DNA of 64,000 nucleotides from positions 6,318-70,317 of the forward strand of contig CAXGWS010000007.1 of the NCBI GenBank assembly GCA_964013535.1. The letters run 5' to 3'. This DNA comes from an uncultured Candidatus Poseidoniales archaeon. GTDB lineage: Archaea; Thermoplasmatota; Poseidoniia; Poseidoniales; Poseidoniaceae. Shown here piece after piece: positions 44,523 through 54,708 of this stretch. The first letter of the stretch is position 1. The number at the start of each line of letters is the position of its first letter. Position numbers and translations under genes: made by a program. The notes below the pieces were generated by a model, which was not told the DNA's origin, did no database searches, and was given only the letters and a program-made list of their open reading frames with translations.

Positions 44523-45152
44523 ATGGCGGCTCCTAAAGGTCTGATTGCTTTCAATGAGTTAGACCTATGTGGACCATACAAACGACAGTGGCTAATTATC
44601 ATCGCTTCAGTGGGGTTATTGGGCATAATTGGGCCTGCTATATCATTGCTTTTTGGACTCAGTGTGTTACTAATTCCAACCATGATAGTTTTGGCCGGAT
44701 TGATATTCATATTCTTTGGATTTGATAGCTGGTCACTAATCAATACACCACTGGCAGTAAATATGAATCATCCATTTGTCGATGATGAACCAATCGGTAA
44801 AGCAGTTGTTCAGATTAGAGATTCTAGCGGTAATTGGCAAGAACTTGGCCAGTACAGAGTACGCATTGTCAAAGATGAATTGGTCGGAGGTTACAATTTG
44901 GTCGAGGATAATGATGATTATCGATTGATTGCACATTTGTCTAAATCATCGAACAAAGCCAGAATTATGAAACAAATTATCATTGTCAATCAAGCATTGA
45001 GTTTGCGCGATGTCGTTAACGGCGACATAGACCCAATCGAAGACGCACGAGCAAGAGAAAGGATGGATTATGGCCTGCTAGAAAGAGATTGGTTACAAGA
45101 TGAAGAATTAGAAATTGAAGGTCCGCTGGCTAAATTCCTCAACAAAGAATGA
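44523..45152 (+). CDS. Hypothetical membrane-anchored protein (2 TM helices plus a soluble domain)
   Basis: 209-aa ORF with ATG start. AT-rich CTTAATTCTTTA sits about 27 nt upstream. No family recognised. Confidence 0.5.
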   Translation: MAAPKGLIAFNELDLCGPYKRQWLIIIASVGLLGIIGPAISLLFGLSVLLIPTMIVLAGLIFIFFGFDSWSLINTPLAVNMNHPFVDDEPIGKAVVQIRDSSGNWQELGQYRVRIVKDELVGGYNLVEDNDDYRLIAHLSKSSNKARIMKQIIIVNQALSLRDVVNGDIDPIEDARARERMDYGLLERDWLQDEELEIEGPLAKFLNKE

Positions 45153-45208
45153 CTATTAAGCGGAATTTACCCTGCTAATTCAATAACCATGCCTCGGCAC
45201 ATTACATT

Positions 45209-45826
45209 GTGTCTACCTCTGGAAATTGGAGTTCAGTGATTGGTTCCATGTCGGAGAACCATCAAGAAACCCTCCTTGGCGCATCACTTTCACGAAAGTT
45301 TGCAAAACTCCCGCTATGGTTATCTCATCCATCTAATATTGGCGGATTTTACGGTTTTTTAATTGCCATAGCCTTGATTTTACCATACAGATTTGCTGGC
45401 GAGGATAACTCCGGTTGGTTGAACGATTGGGCACTCCATTGTGCTTTACTAATCGCTGCCTGTTTTTTCCTCGGCCTTTGCTCAACGTTGATTACGGCTA
45501 TTTCAGGAAGATTTCCAGTTACTCCCCCACGAACAATACTTTACCCTATGCCGTTTATCGGTCTAGCCTTATTATCAATAAACAGGACTGACATTATAGC
45601 AATTTATCCGTTTTTATCTTGGACTCTGATTCTCCTTCCTGGCCCCCTTTATGTGCATTTATCCTGGGCCCCAAGATGGCGCTTGCTGTGCATGATTGAC
45701 GATGGAAAGAATCCTTTTGATGGACTTGAGAATGTCGAAGAGGAAATCAAAGACTACGCTAAACCAACGAGTATTGATTCTGAAATTGAATCAGTAGTTG
45801 ATGATTTTGAGACCGCTGAAGAGTAA
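45209..45826 (+). CDS. Hypothetical polytopic membrane protein
   Basis: 205-aa ORF from GTG 45209 (alternative ATG 45248). 4-5 hydrophobic helices and an acidic tail ending ..ETAEE. Confidence 0.5.
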   Translation: MSTSGNWSSVIGSMSENHQETLLGASLSRKFAKLPLWLSHPSNIGGFYGFLIAIALILPYRFAGEDNSGWLNDWALHCALLIAACFFLGLCSTLITAISGRFPVTPPRTILYPMPFIGLALLSINRTDIIAIYPFLSWTLILLPGPLYVHLSWAPRWRLLCMIDDGKNPFDGLENVEEEIKDYAKPTSIDSEIESVVDDFETAEE

Positions 45827-47008
45827 TCAAATCAGTCCGAGTTTAGGACCAACTCGCTCGAAAATCCTCAACACTTCATCTAAATCCTCACGACTCAATC
45901 CGGCAGACATTTGAGTCCTAATTCGTGCCTTATCTCTTGCTACCATTGGAAATACAATTGCTCCAGCCATGATACCGTCTTTCGCAAGTTCAACAGTGAA
46001 GTCTTTGGCAACACTTGATTCACCACACATTACGGGAATTATTGGAGTTGTTGAGACACCGGTATCGAAGCCGATAGATTGTAACTCATTACGAAAGTAA
46101 TTGGTATTCTCCCACAGTTTCTGGTGATGTTGTGGCTCGGTCATAAGAACTTCCACAGCGGCTTTTTGAGCAGCTGCAACTCCAGGCGGTTGCGAACCTG
46201 AGAGCAACCAAGAACGAGAATGATTGAGGGCGTGCGTTCTAGTCATTTCGGTCCCAGCAAGAATACCACCCTGAACACCGAGCGCTTTTGAGAATGAACC
46301 TGTCTCGAAGTCGATGCTACCTTGCAGTCCAAAATGATCGACAATACCGGCCCCTGTTTCGCCTAACACCCCTTCACCATGGCAATCATCAACATAGACC
46401 ATCGCGCCATGCTCCTTAGCAAGTTTATCGATCTCATCCAATGGTGCGATGTCCCCATCCATTGAAAAAACGCCGTCAGTTATTATCAGCTTGCGTTTTG
46501 CTCCTTCATTAGCGTTTAATACTGCCTCTAATTCTGCCATATCATTGTGCGCATATACCGCCCTGTTGGCTTTGGTTAAACGTACACCATCGATTATGGA
46601 ACCATGATTCAATTCATCACTGATAATTACGTCATCTTTCCCAGTTACCAGTGTCGGAATAAGACCTACGTTTACCGTGTATCCTGCTGAGTAGATTAAG
46701 GCGGCCTCGACTTTCTTGAATTCTGCAACCTTTTGCTCTGCTGCCAAATGAATGTCCATAGTGCCGGCGATTGCTCGCACACTACCGCTACCTGCACCGT
46801 ATTTTTTTGTTGCATCAATCATGGCATTGATTACTTTTGGATGGGTTGTGAGATTTAGATAGTTATTGGCTGAGAGCATGATAGTTGGTTTGCCGTCCAT
46901 GTTACAGCGTGGTTGATTGGGACTCTCTAAGGTTGGAGGCTCCCAAAGCAATGATTGACTAGACAATTCTTGATACCGTTCTTGCATCCAACTCATATCG
47001 CCTGGCAT
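45827..47008 (-). CDS. kbl: 2-amino-3-ketobutyrate CoA ligase (glycine C-acetyltransferase), alpha-oxoamine synthase family
   Basis: C-terminal ..ARIRTQMSAGLSREDL.. and PLP lysine in SFSKALGVQGG closely track the Kbl/BioF family, and the Kbl-like tail favours kbl. ATG 47008 is preferred over GTG 47017 because of the TATA spacing. Confidence 0.85.
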   Translation of the reverse strand: MPGDMSWMQERYQELSSQSLLWEPPTLESPNQPRCNMDGKPTIMLSANNYLNLTTHPKVINAMIDATKKYGAGSGSVRAIAGTMDIHLAAEQKVAEFKKVEAALIYSAGYTVNVGLIPTLVTGKDDVIISDELNHGSIIDGVRLTKANRAVYAHNDMAELEAVLNANEGAKRKLIITDGVFSMDGDIAPLDEIDKLAKEHGAMVYVDDCHGEGVLGETGAGIVDHFGLQGSIDFETGSFSKALGVQGGILAGTEMTRTHALNHSRSWLLSGSQPPGVAAAQKAAVEVLMTEPQHHQKLWENTNYFRNELQSIGFDTGVSTTPIIPVMCGESSVAKDFTVELAKDGIMAGAIVFPMVARDKARIRTQMSAGLSREDLDEVLRIFERVGPKLGLI

Positions 47009-47030
47009 AGTTTCCACCTAACACACCGAA

Positions 47031-47037
47031 TTATAGG
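47031..47037 (-). promoter_or_regulatory. Putative TATA box (CCTATAA on the minus strand) for kbl
   Basis: Centred 26 nt upstream of ATG 47008. Confidence 0.3.
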
Positions 47038-47106
47038 TACTTCAAGGGCTTTTGTATTGTTTTTGACAATCATGAAGGTCAAAAAGGAGTAGCATCTCGC
47101 CCCACC

Positions 47107-47574
47107 ATGCGCATCACTGGCAAGGTCAGTAGTGGACTTGGTAGAGCCCATGTTTTCATGGCGCAGAAACACTATCAAGACCAATTTCAAACCCTCATGG
47201 GCACCTCTGTTTGGCCGGGAACCTTGAATCTAAATGTGTCGAATAAAAATCTACGAGACTACATTGCGCTTCGGCTAATCTCTGGCATCGACACACTCGA
47301 TGCGTCTCCTGAACTAATCGAATCAGCAAAGTCAGTCGACGCATCTCATGTCAGTGCTCATCGTGTTCGAGGCTTCTTGCGTGATGGCGTCTCATTTGGT
47401 GGAGCAACTGCGTTTAAAGCTAGATTTCATTTTGCCGAAGACAATGTTGACTGTGCGGTACTGATACCGGATTTAACAAGACATTATGACGTCGTGGAAA
47501 TTATTTCCTCCAAATTCCTTAGAGAGCATTTTTCCCTAAGCGATGGCGACGAAGTGTCGATTGAGTTAATCTGA
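47107..47574 (+). CDS. ribK: CTP-dependent riboflavin kinase (archaeal RibK, DUF120 family)
   Basis: 155 aa. GKVSSGLGRAHVFM...WPGTLNL matches the MJ0056-type riboflavin kinase N-terminal signature. Confidence 0.8.
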   Translation: MRITGKVSSGLGRAHVFMAQKHYQDQFQTLMGTSVWPGTLNLNVSNKNLRDYIALRLISGIDTLDASPELIESAKSVDASHVSAHRVRGFLRDGVSFGGATAFKARFHFAEDNVDCAVLIPDLTRHYDVVEIISSKFLREHFSLSDGDEVSIELI

Positions 47575-48483
47575 ATTGTGCGCAACATGTGGTAATTTAC
47601 CAATGCGTGACCATTCGTGAAATAGCAGACTTTCCATTTCTAATTTAGCTCCAGACTCCCAACGACTCATCATGGTTCGTTCGAGGTATTTTTCGTTTGG
47701 TTGCGGCGTAAATACGGTTGTTATTTCCGGAATTACCTCATGGTCAAAACTAGGCCAAATCACATCCCATAATATGAGCCACTCGGGAGGAGCAACACCA
47801 AAATCTACCGGTTTTTCAGGATTTTTTATTGCGTCGATAATTTGTTGTTCGGTTAATTCCCCTATTGATAAGCGATAGAGAGCCATTGCAGTGCGCCTCA
47901 CCTGATTCCACAAAAACGCCTCACCTACGATTTCAAAACCAATAATTCGCTGATTAACAACCCATGGCGAGCAAGAAAAAATCTTGCGAATAGGATTTTT
48001 ACCTTCTTCTAAGCGAGCGAAGTTTCTGGCATCATAAGTACCAACAAACAAGTCTAACCATCGTTGAAATTGGTCATCTGAAGAATCCCAGCCTTGTATG
48101 CCTTCCAGCCTGTAGCGATAAACTCGCTGTAAAGCCATCCTTGGATTCCATTTTTCATCAACCTCTTGGACACTCAAAAATGCAATACTATCGGGTAATC
48201 GGTCATCAACTGCCCTAATCATTTTTCGGGGAGTTAAAGATTCCCACAATGATTTGTTGATTGTAACAACGCCGCCATTTCTTCTAACATTAACGCCAGC
48301 ATCAGTACGACTTGACAAAACCAGATTATGGCTTGTGTCGTTTGGATCTATCCACTTAAGTTTGTGAAATACGCGAATCAACTCGCCCTGTACAGTTGTT
48401 ACATCCGGTTGGATTTGACTACCATGAAAGTGTCGACCAATATATCCAATGGTAAAGGCGAGGCGAACTCGCTCTGACATCAT
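47566..48483 (-). CDS. truA: tRNA pseudouridine(38-40) synthase
   Basis: 305 aa. N-terminal YIGRHFHGSQ and the catalytic SSRTDAGV motif. The 3' end overlaps the ribK 3' end by 9 nt (convergent). Confidence 0.85.
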   Translation of the reverse strand: MMSERVRLAFTIGYIGRHFHGSQIQPDVTTVQGELIRVFHKLKWIDPNDTSHNLVLSSRTDAGVNVRRNGGVVTINKSLWESLTPRKMIRAVDDRLPDSIAFLSVQEVDEKWNPRMALQRVYRYRLEGIQGWDSSDDQFQRWLDLFVGTYDARNFARLEEGKNPIRKIFSCSPWVVNQRIIGFEIVGEAFLWNQVRRTAMALYRLSIGELTEQQIIDAIKNPEKPVDFGVAPPEWLILWDVIWPSFDHEVIPEITTVFTPQPNEKYLERTMMSRWESGAKLEMESLLFHEWSRIGKLPHVAHNSD

Positions 48484-48488
48484 ACCAC

Positions 48489-49004
48489 TTATTCCTCAAG
48501 CAAAAGTGTCGACGCCTCTTCGGGTGAATAACCAAGGCCGCCAACCGACCACTTAATGGCAGATTTTAGCCAAGGCATTACCTGAGGATTCGATTTTGTT
48601 GGGTCTACTACCTCGATAGCATCTACCAAGTTTCTTGCAGCCATGTATAGTCGGTCGTCGATTGGGATATCTGCCAATTCTAGACGGCGCGCATATCTCT
48701 CATACTCTTTGATTGCTTGTGGTATTCTGCGACATTCTAAGGCAAAATCAGCGAAATCAACAATATATTCGTCGTTTTCTTCATCGAGGTTCATTGCTTT
48801 CTTGTAAGCCATCATAATTTTACCACCAGGTATTACATCATCTTGTGCCTCAACATTCAGCATGTTGGCAAATTCCGCATATGTGTGATGTACTGCAGCG
48901 ATGTCTTTGTTTGATTTACAAAGGTCATCGAGCATTTGTACTGCTCCCTCTAGGTCGCCTTCAGCAAATTTTTCTATCGCAGGTTGCAGAACTTCGTCAC
49001 TCAT
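48489..49004 (-). CDS. Hypothetical helical-repeat (TPR-like?) protein
   Basis: 171 aa from ATG 49004, which has GGAG 8 nt upstream. The longer GTG 49067 start is also possible. Amphipathic helix pairs. Ends ..LLLEE. Confidence 0.5.
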   Translation of the reverse strand: MSDEVLQPAIEKFAEGDLEGAVQMLDDLCKSNKDIAAVHHTYAEFANMLNVEAQDDVIPGGKIMMAYKKAMNLDEENDEYIVDFADFALECRRIPQAIKEYERYARRLELADIPIDDRLYMAARNLVDAIEVVDPTKSNPQVMPWLKSAIKWSVGGLGYSPEEASTLLLEE

Positions 49005-49063
49005 TTTGATAACTCCAGTATTTAACGCGTAAAGGTTGCAGTTATTGAATGACTCGCTTGAAA

Positions 49064-50077
49064 TCACTCATCAGTATTGCTTGAAATTGACTCTTTCAAA
49101 TCACTTAACAAGTTAGACTGACTGTGCTTTTTGTGCATCTCATTGAGTAACATCTTGCACTTGTCCCAATTCCTGATAGAATAGAAACAATGTTTTGGAT
49201 CGGGTCTTACAGTTCTTATGGTTCGTTGATAGGTTAAGATTCCAACAAATGAACGAAGCAGGGATTTTTTGGCTTTTTCAGAAATAGTATCATCAGAGCT
49301 GTCGGCGGATCCTGGCATATTGACTGCCCCTGCAGCCCCCATTGATTCGTCAACTATACCTACTCCTGAATCGGTAAGAATAGAGACGGTAGCGTATCCA
49401 AATATTGTTCCAACCGGTGTTCTTTCAACAATAACTTCCGAGATTCTATCGAACAAAATTCTGCGATGCGAACGTGAGAGCAGGAAACTATGCTCAAAAA
49501 TTACAGCATCTGAAGTAATGGCATAGTGGAAACTATTCTGATAGTAAAATGTTAGCGCGAAGAACAAACCAGTGTAAACAATACCAAATAGATAGAAGTT
49601 GTATTCGATTCCAATAAAGTCGCCCATTCCATCGCCAAACAAGTCTGTTATGAAGAATATGAAATCATCGATTTGAATGATAAGTGGAGTGAAGGAAACC
49701 AACAATAACCAAACAGTGACCCATTTACCCGATGTCGATGTATTCAATAGACGGTTCATCCAAGTCACGAAGAGCATGACAAAGATGAAACTGAATGACA
49801 TGCTATCACTGGTTGTCAAATCAATAAACCAATAGACAAATGCCATGAATCCAGTAGAATCCTCACCAAGCGAATCGGCTTGACCAAACATGAAATGAAG
49901 GGCCAAGACGAGTATTCCTAGAGCATACATGCCGACAAAGGCGAAGGTGCTTGGTTTCTTGGTAAGGTGAATTTCCTCCCCTGGTATAAGCCTAAATTTT
50001 TTGGCTAAGCTTTCTGCATTTTTAGACTCAAGTTCCTCACTTGCTTTCGTGTCTAAAGTCGATTCTTCATCGCTCAT
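49064..50077 (-). CDS. Membrane protein with a bacterial PH-like (bPH_2 / YdbT-type) domain
   Basis: 337 aa. Five hydrophobic helices, then ITSDAVIFEHSFLLSRSHRRILFDRISEVIVERTPVGTIFGYATVSI, the bPH_2 (DUF304) pattern. Confidence 0.65.
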   Translation of the reverse strand: MSDEESTLDTKASEELESKNAESLAKKFRLIPGEEIHLTKKPSTFAFVGMYALGILVLALHFMFGQADSLGEDSTGFMAFVYWFIDLTTSDSMSFSFIFVMLFVTWMNRLLNTSTSGKWVTVWLLLVSFTPLIIQIDDFIFFITDLFGDGMGDFIGIEYNFYLFGIVYTGLFFALTFYYQNSFHYAITSDAVIFEHSFLLSRSHRRILFDRISEVIVERTPVGTIFGYATVSILTDSGVGIVDESMGAAGAVNMPGSADSSDDTISEKAKKSLLRSFVGILTYQRTIRTVRPDPKHCFYSIRNWDKCKMLLNEMHKKHSQSNLLSDLKESISSNTDE

Positions 50078-50142
50078 GTCCAGTCCTCTTGTATGTCTTT
50101 AGTGTCTTATCCCAAATGAATGTTGCCCCGAAGGATGGCTAA

Positions 50143-51348
50143 TCAGTGTAATATCCCCCAAGAATGTTCAGCATTCCCACGTATCCACTGATAGTCTTTG
50201 AGCGAACGGAATCCTAAGTCATCGCTTATGCTCAAGGCGACGACATTCAATGGATATTCGTTGTAAGTGAAGTTAGATACTAAGCCACCGATTGTTGGCT
50301 GTTCGAACGCCCAGTGAGCCCTATCGATGGCTTGTGCATCAATTTTTATTGTCACATCCTCATTCCACATTTCTACTCTAAAACCTGGCAATTTGCTACC
50401 CGGTGTCGCACCATGACTACCTTCTACCGCATCGCAAGCATATTTTTCAACTCGAACATTAGAAAATGGTATGCTTTGGCCGGAGACTGCATCGTGAAAT
50501 AAGCCACCTTGTGACAAACTCATATGCCCTAAATCGCGCTTTTTCCACGGTTCGTTATCTCTCGAGGTGACTGTCAAACTCAGATGGGGTAAGAACCAAT
50601 CAATATACGAACCGTCGCTGAGGTGTAGCATTCCCCAATACCATGGAACAGAGGGGGCTTGTACGCACACTTTTTGGAAATAAGCCGTGCCTGAGATCTC
50701 TTGGTCATCGAGATGTCCATCCACCTTGCACCCATGCAGGCGAAGAATGTCATAGCCCATGTCCATAGCATAAGTCGCAGTTGCATGCCTAGCAGTCGAC
50801 ATTGCTTCATTCCAAGGTGTTAACCTGAAATCCATTTGCCGTGGGACACTAGCTTCATTGGGAAATTCATCGGTATGTAACTTAAGCCAAAATTCGCTCA
50901 GGTCACTCTTTAGGCCCATCGACATGTCCTCGTCGGTTAATGGAACAACTGCACCTCCACCCGCACCGGACTTCGAATTTTGTTTAGGCCATGCTGGGTG
51001 TTCATCGTCAATTACGATCATTCGGCATTTTTTCTTGATGTACGGCTCATACATTCGTTTACCATCGAACCACCAAGCACAAACCATGCCATCGAGTGAA
51101 ATCCCACCATCAGCATCAAAACCCGGGCGCCCTTTTGGTGTCCATTCCGTACCGCTGACCATTACCTTTGGATTATCTTTGGTCGACCAAAGTACCATCA
51201 ATTGTTTGCCACTTGGGTTTCCGTCTTCATCATCGAGCATCAGTAGCCACCACCACCAATCCCATGTCAAGTGGTGAAGCGGTGGACGTTCCTGCAATTT
51301 CCACATTCGCGATAAATCACCGGCGAATTTTTCCATCGAATTCGTCAT
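50143..51348 (-). CDS. Hypothetical soluble protein, last gene of the ABC-2 cluster (possibly an AttH/CrtC-like beta-barrel; weak)
   Basis: 401-aa ORF. ATGA overlap with the upstream permease. Trp-rich N-terminus (LTWDWWWWLLM). The C-terminal GNAEHSWG is reminiscent of the G..(D/E)H.WG ending of the AttH/CrtC/tocopherol-cyclase-like family. This is from memory only. Confidence 0.55.
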   Translation of the reverse strand: MTNSMEKFAGDLSRMWKLQERPPLHHLTWDWWWWLLMLDDEDGNPSGKQLMVLWSTKDNPKVMVSGTEWTPKGRPGFDADGGISLDGMVCAWWFDGKRMYEPYIKKKCRMIVIDDEHPAWPKQNSKSGAGGGAVVPLTDEDMSMGLKSDLSEFWLKLHTDEFPNEASVPRQMDFRLTPWNEAMSTARHATATYAMDMGYDILRLHGCKVDGHLDDQEISGTAYFQKVCVQAPSVPWYWGMLHLSDGSYIDWFLPHLSLTVTSRDNEPWKKRDLGHMSLSQGGLFHDAVSGQSIPFSNVRVEKYACDAVEGSHGATPGSKLPGFRVEMWNEDVTIKIDAQAIDRAHWAFEQPTIGGLVSNFTYNEYPLNVVALSISDDLGFRSLKDYQWIRGNAEHSWGILH

Positions 51349-52670
51349 TCAATTTCCTTCCCTTTGAAAAGTGCTCCTCCGATGAATAACAGTGCCGCGG
51401 CTTGGATAAGTAGCACGACAGTAGCAATTATCATTGAGAGAAATGGACTTATGTCACCCAAACCGGGTGTAGCATAGAAGTACAGTAGTGGCTCAGAGCC
51501 AATTAATTCCTCACTTTCAAAACCTAACGAATTGTTTCCTTCAACCGAAAAGCCCGAACTGATTAACAACGCCATATCAGGCCACACAATCATACTAGCA
51601 GAATCAACAATTATCAAAGCCCAGCCGATAACCGAAAATCGCAATATTGGAGAGTCGGGGACGCCCATAGATAGTAAAGCCATTCCCAGTTCCCAAGCAG
51701 CAAATGGAATCGCCAAAATAATGCCATATCGCCACATGACTCCGAGGAAACAGAACAACATTCCGTAGACAAGGGTTGCCATCATGGCGGCAAATAAGAT
51801 TGCTAACCAAACTCCGAACTCAGAAAATCTAAACAATGATTCGCCCGGACCAGCAAAACCCGTCACTATGGCGGCTAGTAATGTCAATATGGTAAGATAA
51901 GGCCATACAATACCAAGATAACCAATTATCCGGTAAAAGAATACCTCAGTGCGAGCTATTGGCTTGGTTAGCATGTAGTGCATTGTTCCAGAACTCATTT
52001 CATCTCTGATTAAGCCTGTTGCCATAAATAGCGGAATGAAGATGCTTATTATGAACACAAATCCAAGTTTACCAATACCAAGCACTGATGCTCGATGCAA
52101 TGCTTCCTTGGCGTATGCTTCATCATCAGGGTCCTCATCAACAAAATTATCCGCATCAAATTCTAAATTACCCGATAGACTAAGCGATAATTCGATATCA
52201 CATTCGATTCCGTTATCATTGGTGTCTTTTTGGGAGCTGGTTCGAGAATTGGTTCGACAATCCCCGTCATCATCGTATCCCACACTAACGGTTCTAGTTC
52301 CGCTGGGAGATTCATCCCAATCGAAATCATCCTCATTCACCCACTTATCTGGATCGTCAGGGGGCACTGGAGGGTCGAACAACCCGGGGTGCGATTGGTC
52401 GGAAAATGGATTCGTACCATACAGCCGTTCTTGACCATCTGGATAGAGGTCCCCATCTGAGTCAACTGAATCGCCGTCATTATCTATTGCTTCAAAGTCT
52501 CTCTGCATCGCGTCGACATAAAACAACATCAGCAAACTGATTACTACCAAACCAGTAATCAGCACCACCCATGTCGAAATCTTGGTTCGATATTGCCGCA
52601 TGGTAAATTCCGTGATTGCAGAGGCTTTCCGATCTAAAGCGCGGAAGATAGTATTGGTTTTGTCCGCCAT
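51345..52670 (-). CDS. ABC-2-type transporter permease with an acidic Ca-binding-like extracytoplasmic insert
   Basis: About 441 aa. N-terminal TM helix, then DNDGDSVDSDGDLYPDGQERLYGTNPFSD and YDDDGDC repeats, then six TM helices. ATG 52670 overlaps the upstream TGA by 1 nt. Confidence 0.7.
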   Translation of the reverse strand: MADKTNTIFRALDRKASAITEFTMRQYRTKISTWVVLITGLVVISLLMLFYVDAMQRDFEAIDNDGDSVDSDGDLYPDGQERLYGTNPFSDQSHPGLFDPPVPPDDPDKWVNEDDFDWDESPSGTRTVSVGYDDDGDCRTNSRTSSQKDTNDNGIECDIELSLSLSGNLEFDADNFVDEDPDDEAYAKEALHRASVLGIGKLGFVFIISIFIPLFMATGLIRDEMSSGTMHYMLTKPIARTEVFFYRIIGYLGIVWPYLTILTLLAAIVTGFAGPGESLFRFSEFGVWLAILFAAMMATLVYGMLFCFLGVMWRYGIILAIPFAAWELGMALLSMGVPDSPILRFSVIGWALIIVDSASMIVWPDMALLISSGFSVEGNNSLGFESEELIGSEPLLYFYATPGLGDISPFLSMIIATVVLLIQAAALLFIGGALFKGKEIE

Positions 52671-53662
52671 CAATAACCACCTCCACCTGTCAAATAACCC
52701 AATATTGAGGCTAAGTCATCATCCGGATTATCTATTGATTTGATTTTATGATTGCCATCCACAATTGCTTTTGGCAAGTCACTATGAAAATCACCTAAAC
52801 TGCGAGTTTGTACCGTTAATTTTTCCGGATTCTGGAATAAAATTCCGTGCACTGAGTCAATATCAATAACACTCTTGGCTAATTCCTTAGGTGATTCACA
52901 ACCGATATCAATTCTATGTGGGATTCGATCTAGTTTTTCCCGAATCGCGTGTAAGTTACCCAATGCTAACAATCTACCGTGGTGCAGAATTACAATCTGT
53001 TCGGTAATTCGTTCAATTTCAGTCAAAATATGGCTGCTTACGATTACCGTTCTTCCCATTCTTCCCAATTCTCTTATGACATTCATGATAGTAGTTCTCG
53101 CTAATGGATCACAACCCTGTAATGGCTCATCAAGGATAATCAATTCCGGGTCGTTTACTAAAGCATGAGCAATTTTTGTTCGTTGACGCATGCCTTTTGA
53201 GAACCTACCAATTTGCTTGTGTGCAACATCTAACAATCCAACAAAGTCGAGCACTCTATCTGCCTCTTGTTTAGCCTTGTCTCTGGTCAAACCGTTCAGC
53301 CTTGCAAAAGTAGAGATGAAATCGTGCGCAGTCATCCAATCATACATCTTCTCAGCCTCTGGTACAAAACCAACTCTTGCGTAAGGGGCTGGATTTTTCC
53401 AAGGGTTAGTACCAAACAGACGAACTTGTCCCGAACTGGGTTTTAATTTGCCCATTAGAATCTTGAATAACGTAGATTTACCCGCACCATTCAAACCTAA
53501 TATTCCTGTTACCCCTCCCGACAACGCAAGCGTTATTCCGCTTAATGCGTGTATTTTGCCATAGGTTTTGCTAACATTTTCCAACAAAATGACCGGAGCA
53601 GTTTGGTCTGCTTGCCATTGTTCTGTTTCGGCTTGTCCTTCTTGATGGAAATCCGGCATCAT
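52670..53662 (-). CDS. ABC transporter ATP-binding protein (ABC-2/CcmA-like)
   Basis: 330 aa. Walker A GLNGAGKST, signature FSKGMRQR, Walker B LIILDEP. ATGA overlap with the upstream permease. Confidence 0.9.
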   Translation of the reverse strand: MMPDFHQEGQAETEQWQADQTAPVILLENVSKTYGKIHALSGITLALSGGVTGILGLNGAGKSTLFKILMGKLKPSSGQVRLFGTNPWKNPAPYARVGFVPEAEKMYDWMTAHDFISTFARLNGLTRDKAKQEADRVLDFVGLLDVAHKQIGRFSKGMRQRTKIAHALVNDPELIILDEPLQGCDPLARTTIMNVIRELGRMGRTVIVSSHILTEIERITEQIVILHHGRLLALGNLHAIREKLDRIPHRIDIGCESPKELAKSVIDIDSVHGILFQNPEKLTVQTRSLGDFHSDLPKAIVDGNHKIKSIDNPDDDLASILGYLTGGGGY

Positions 53663-54708
53663 TCTCTAGTCACCTCCATCGATGCAACTCTTGATGACAA
53701 AATGTAAAGGAAAAACGCGTTTATCAGTACTAATGATGCCAAAGACCAGGTCCATGAGTATTGGTCGTATGTAGTCTGTGTTCCAACTAGAGCCTGCCCC
53801 ACATGCGCCAAACAATCATACGGAGAAAGCAAGTACATTATGTCCCTTTCAAACAGGTTTGAGACTAATACAGCCAAAGTTTTGCTACCAAGTACTATCG
53901 CAACCAAACCAATACCGGGGAAAAATTTTCCACGTGACACACTGGATAGACCCAATCCTATGCTTGTGTAGGTAATGATAAGCAAAATTCCGCCCATGAA
54001 AGCCGCCAAGAATAGCGGAAAAGTATCAATTATCCAGGCCCAACCACGACCCATAGCGATTATCTCGACAAAGTAGTAAATCATCAGCGTCAAAATTACC
54101 ACAAAGGCTTGAATCATAGCTACCGAGATATACTTCATCATAACATAATCAAAGCGGCTTATTGGCCGTGAAAAATACAAGGCTGAAGTACCGTGATATC
54201 GGTCTTCTGAGACTATTCCGCCAACCAGTAAAGCCGCAAGAATCGGATAATACAACATGTTGCGAGGGAAGAATCCAAGCACATGGCCGTATAGATTATC
54301 ACGATTGACGCCCCACATATTATGTAATTCTGGACTGCCTATAACCGCAGAAAGCAGAGTCAATCCGACGTCTGCTAAAGAGGCAATAAACACCAACACG
54401 ATGAATAATTTCGTTGGCAAACCCCACGGACGGTGCCCTTTGCGGAAAATTCCCAGCACGTGGTGCCGAAGTATCGCCCAGTTGCGCATCCATCGGGGAT
54501 TGAGAGTTCCATTCCACGGTTTGTAAATTTGCTCAAATACATAACCAACGGAAGCCGTATTGCTACTCACCTGAGCCGTTGCTGCCTCATCTCCGTCACG
54601 TGAACCCCATGCCGCATCCATTCTACCTTGACCGGTTACAGGGGCACTTTCTGAGAAACCAACCTCTTCTTTTGCTTCAGTATTGGTCTGGTCAGTCACT
54701 TCCATCAT
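53659..54708 (-). CDS. ABC-2-type transporter permease
   Basis: 349 aa. Cytoplasmic N-terminus with YKPWNGTLNPRWMRNW, then six TM helices. ATGA overlap with the upstream ATPase. Confidence 0.7.
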   Translation of the reverse strand: MMEVTDQTNTEAKEEVGFSESAPVTGQGRMDAAWGSRDGDEAATAQVSSNTASVGYVFEQIYKPWNGTLNPRWMRNWAILRHHVLGIFRKGHRPWGLPTKLFIVLVFIASLADVGLTLLSAVIGSPELHNMWGVNRDNLYGHVLGFFPRNMLYYPILAALLVGGIVSEDRYHGTSALYFSRPISRFDYVMMKYISVAMIQAFVVILTLMIYYFVEIIAMGRGWAWIIDTFPLFLAAFMGGILLIITYTSIGLGLSSVSRGKFFPGIGLVAIVLGSKTLAVLVSNLFERDIMYLLSPYDCLAHVGQALVGTQTTYDQYSWTWSLASLVLINAFFLYILSSRVASMEVTRE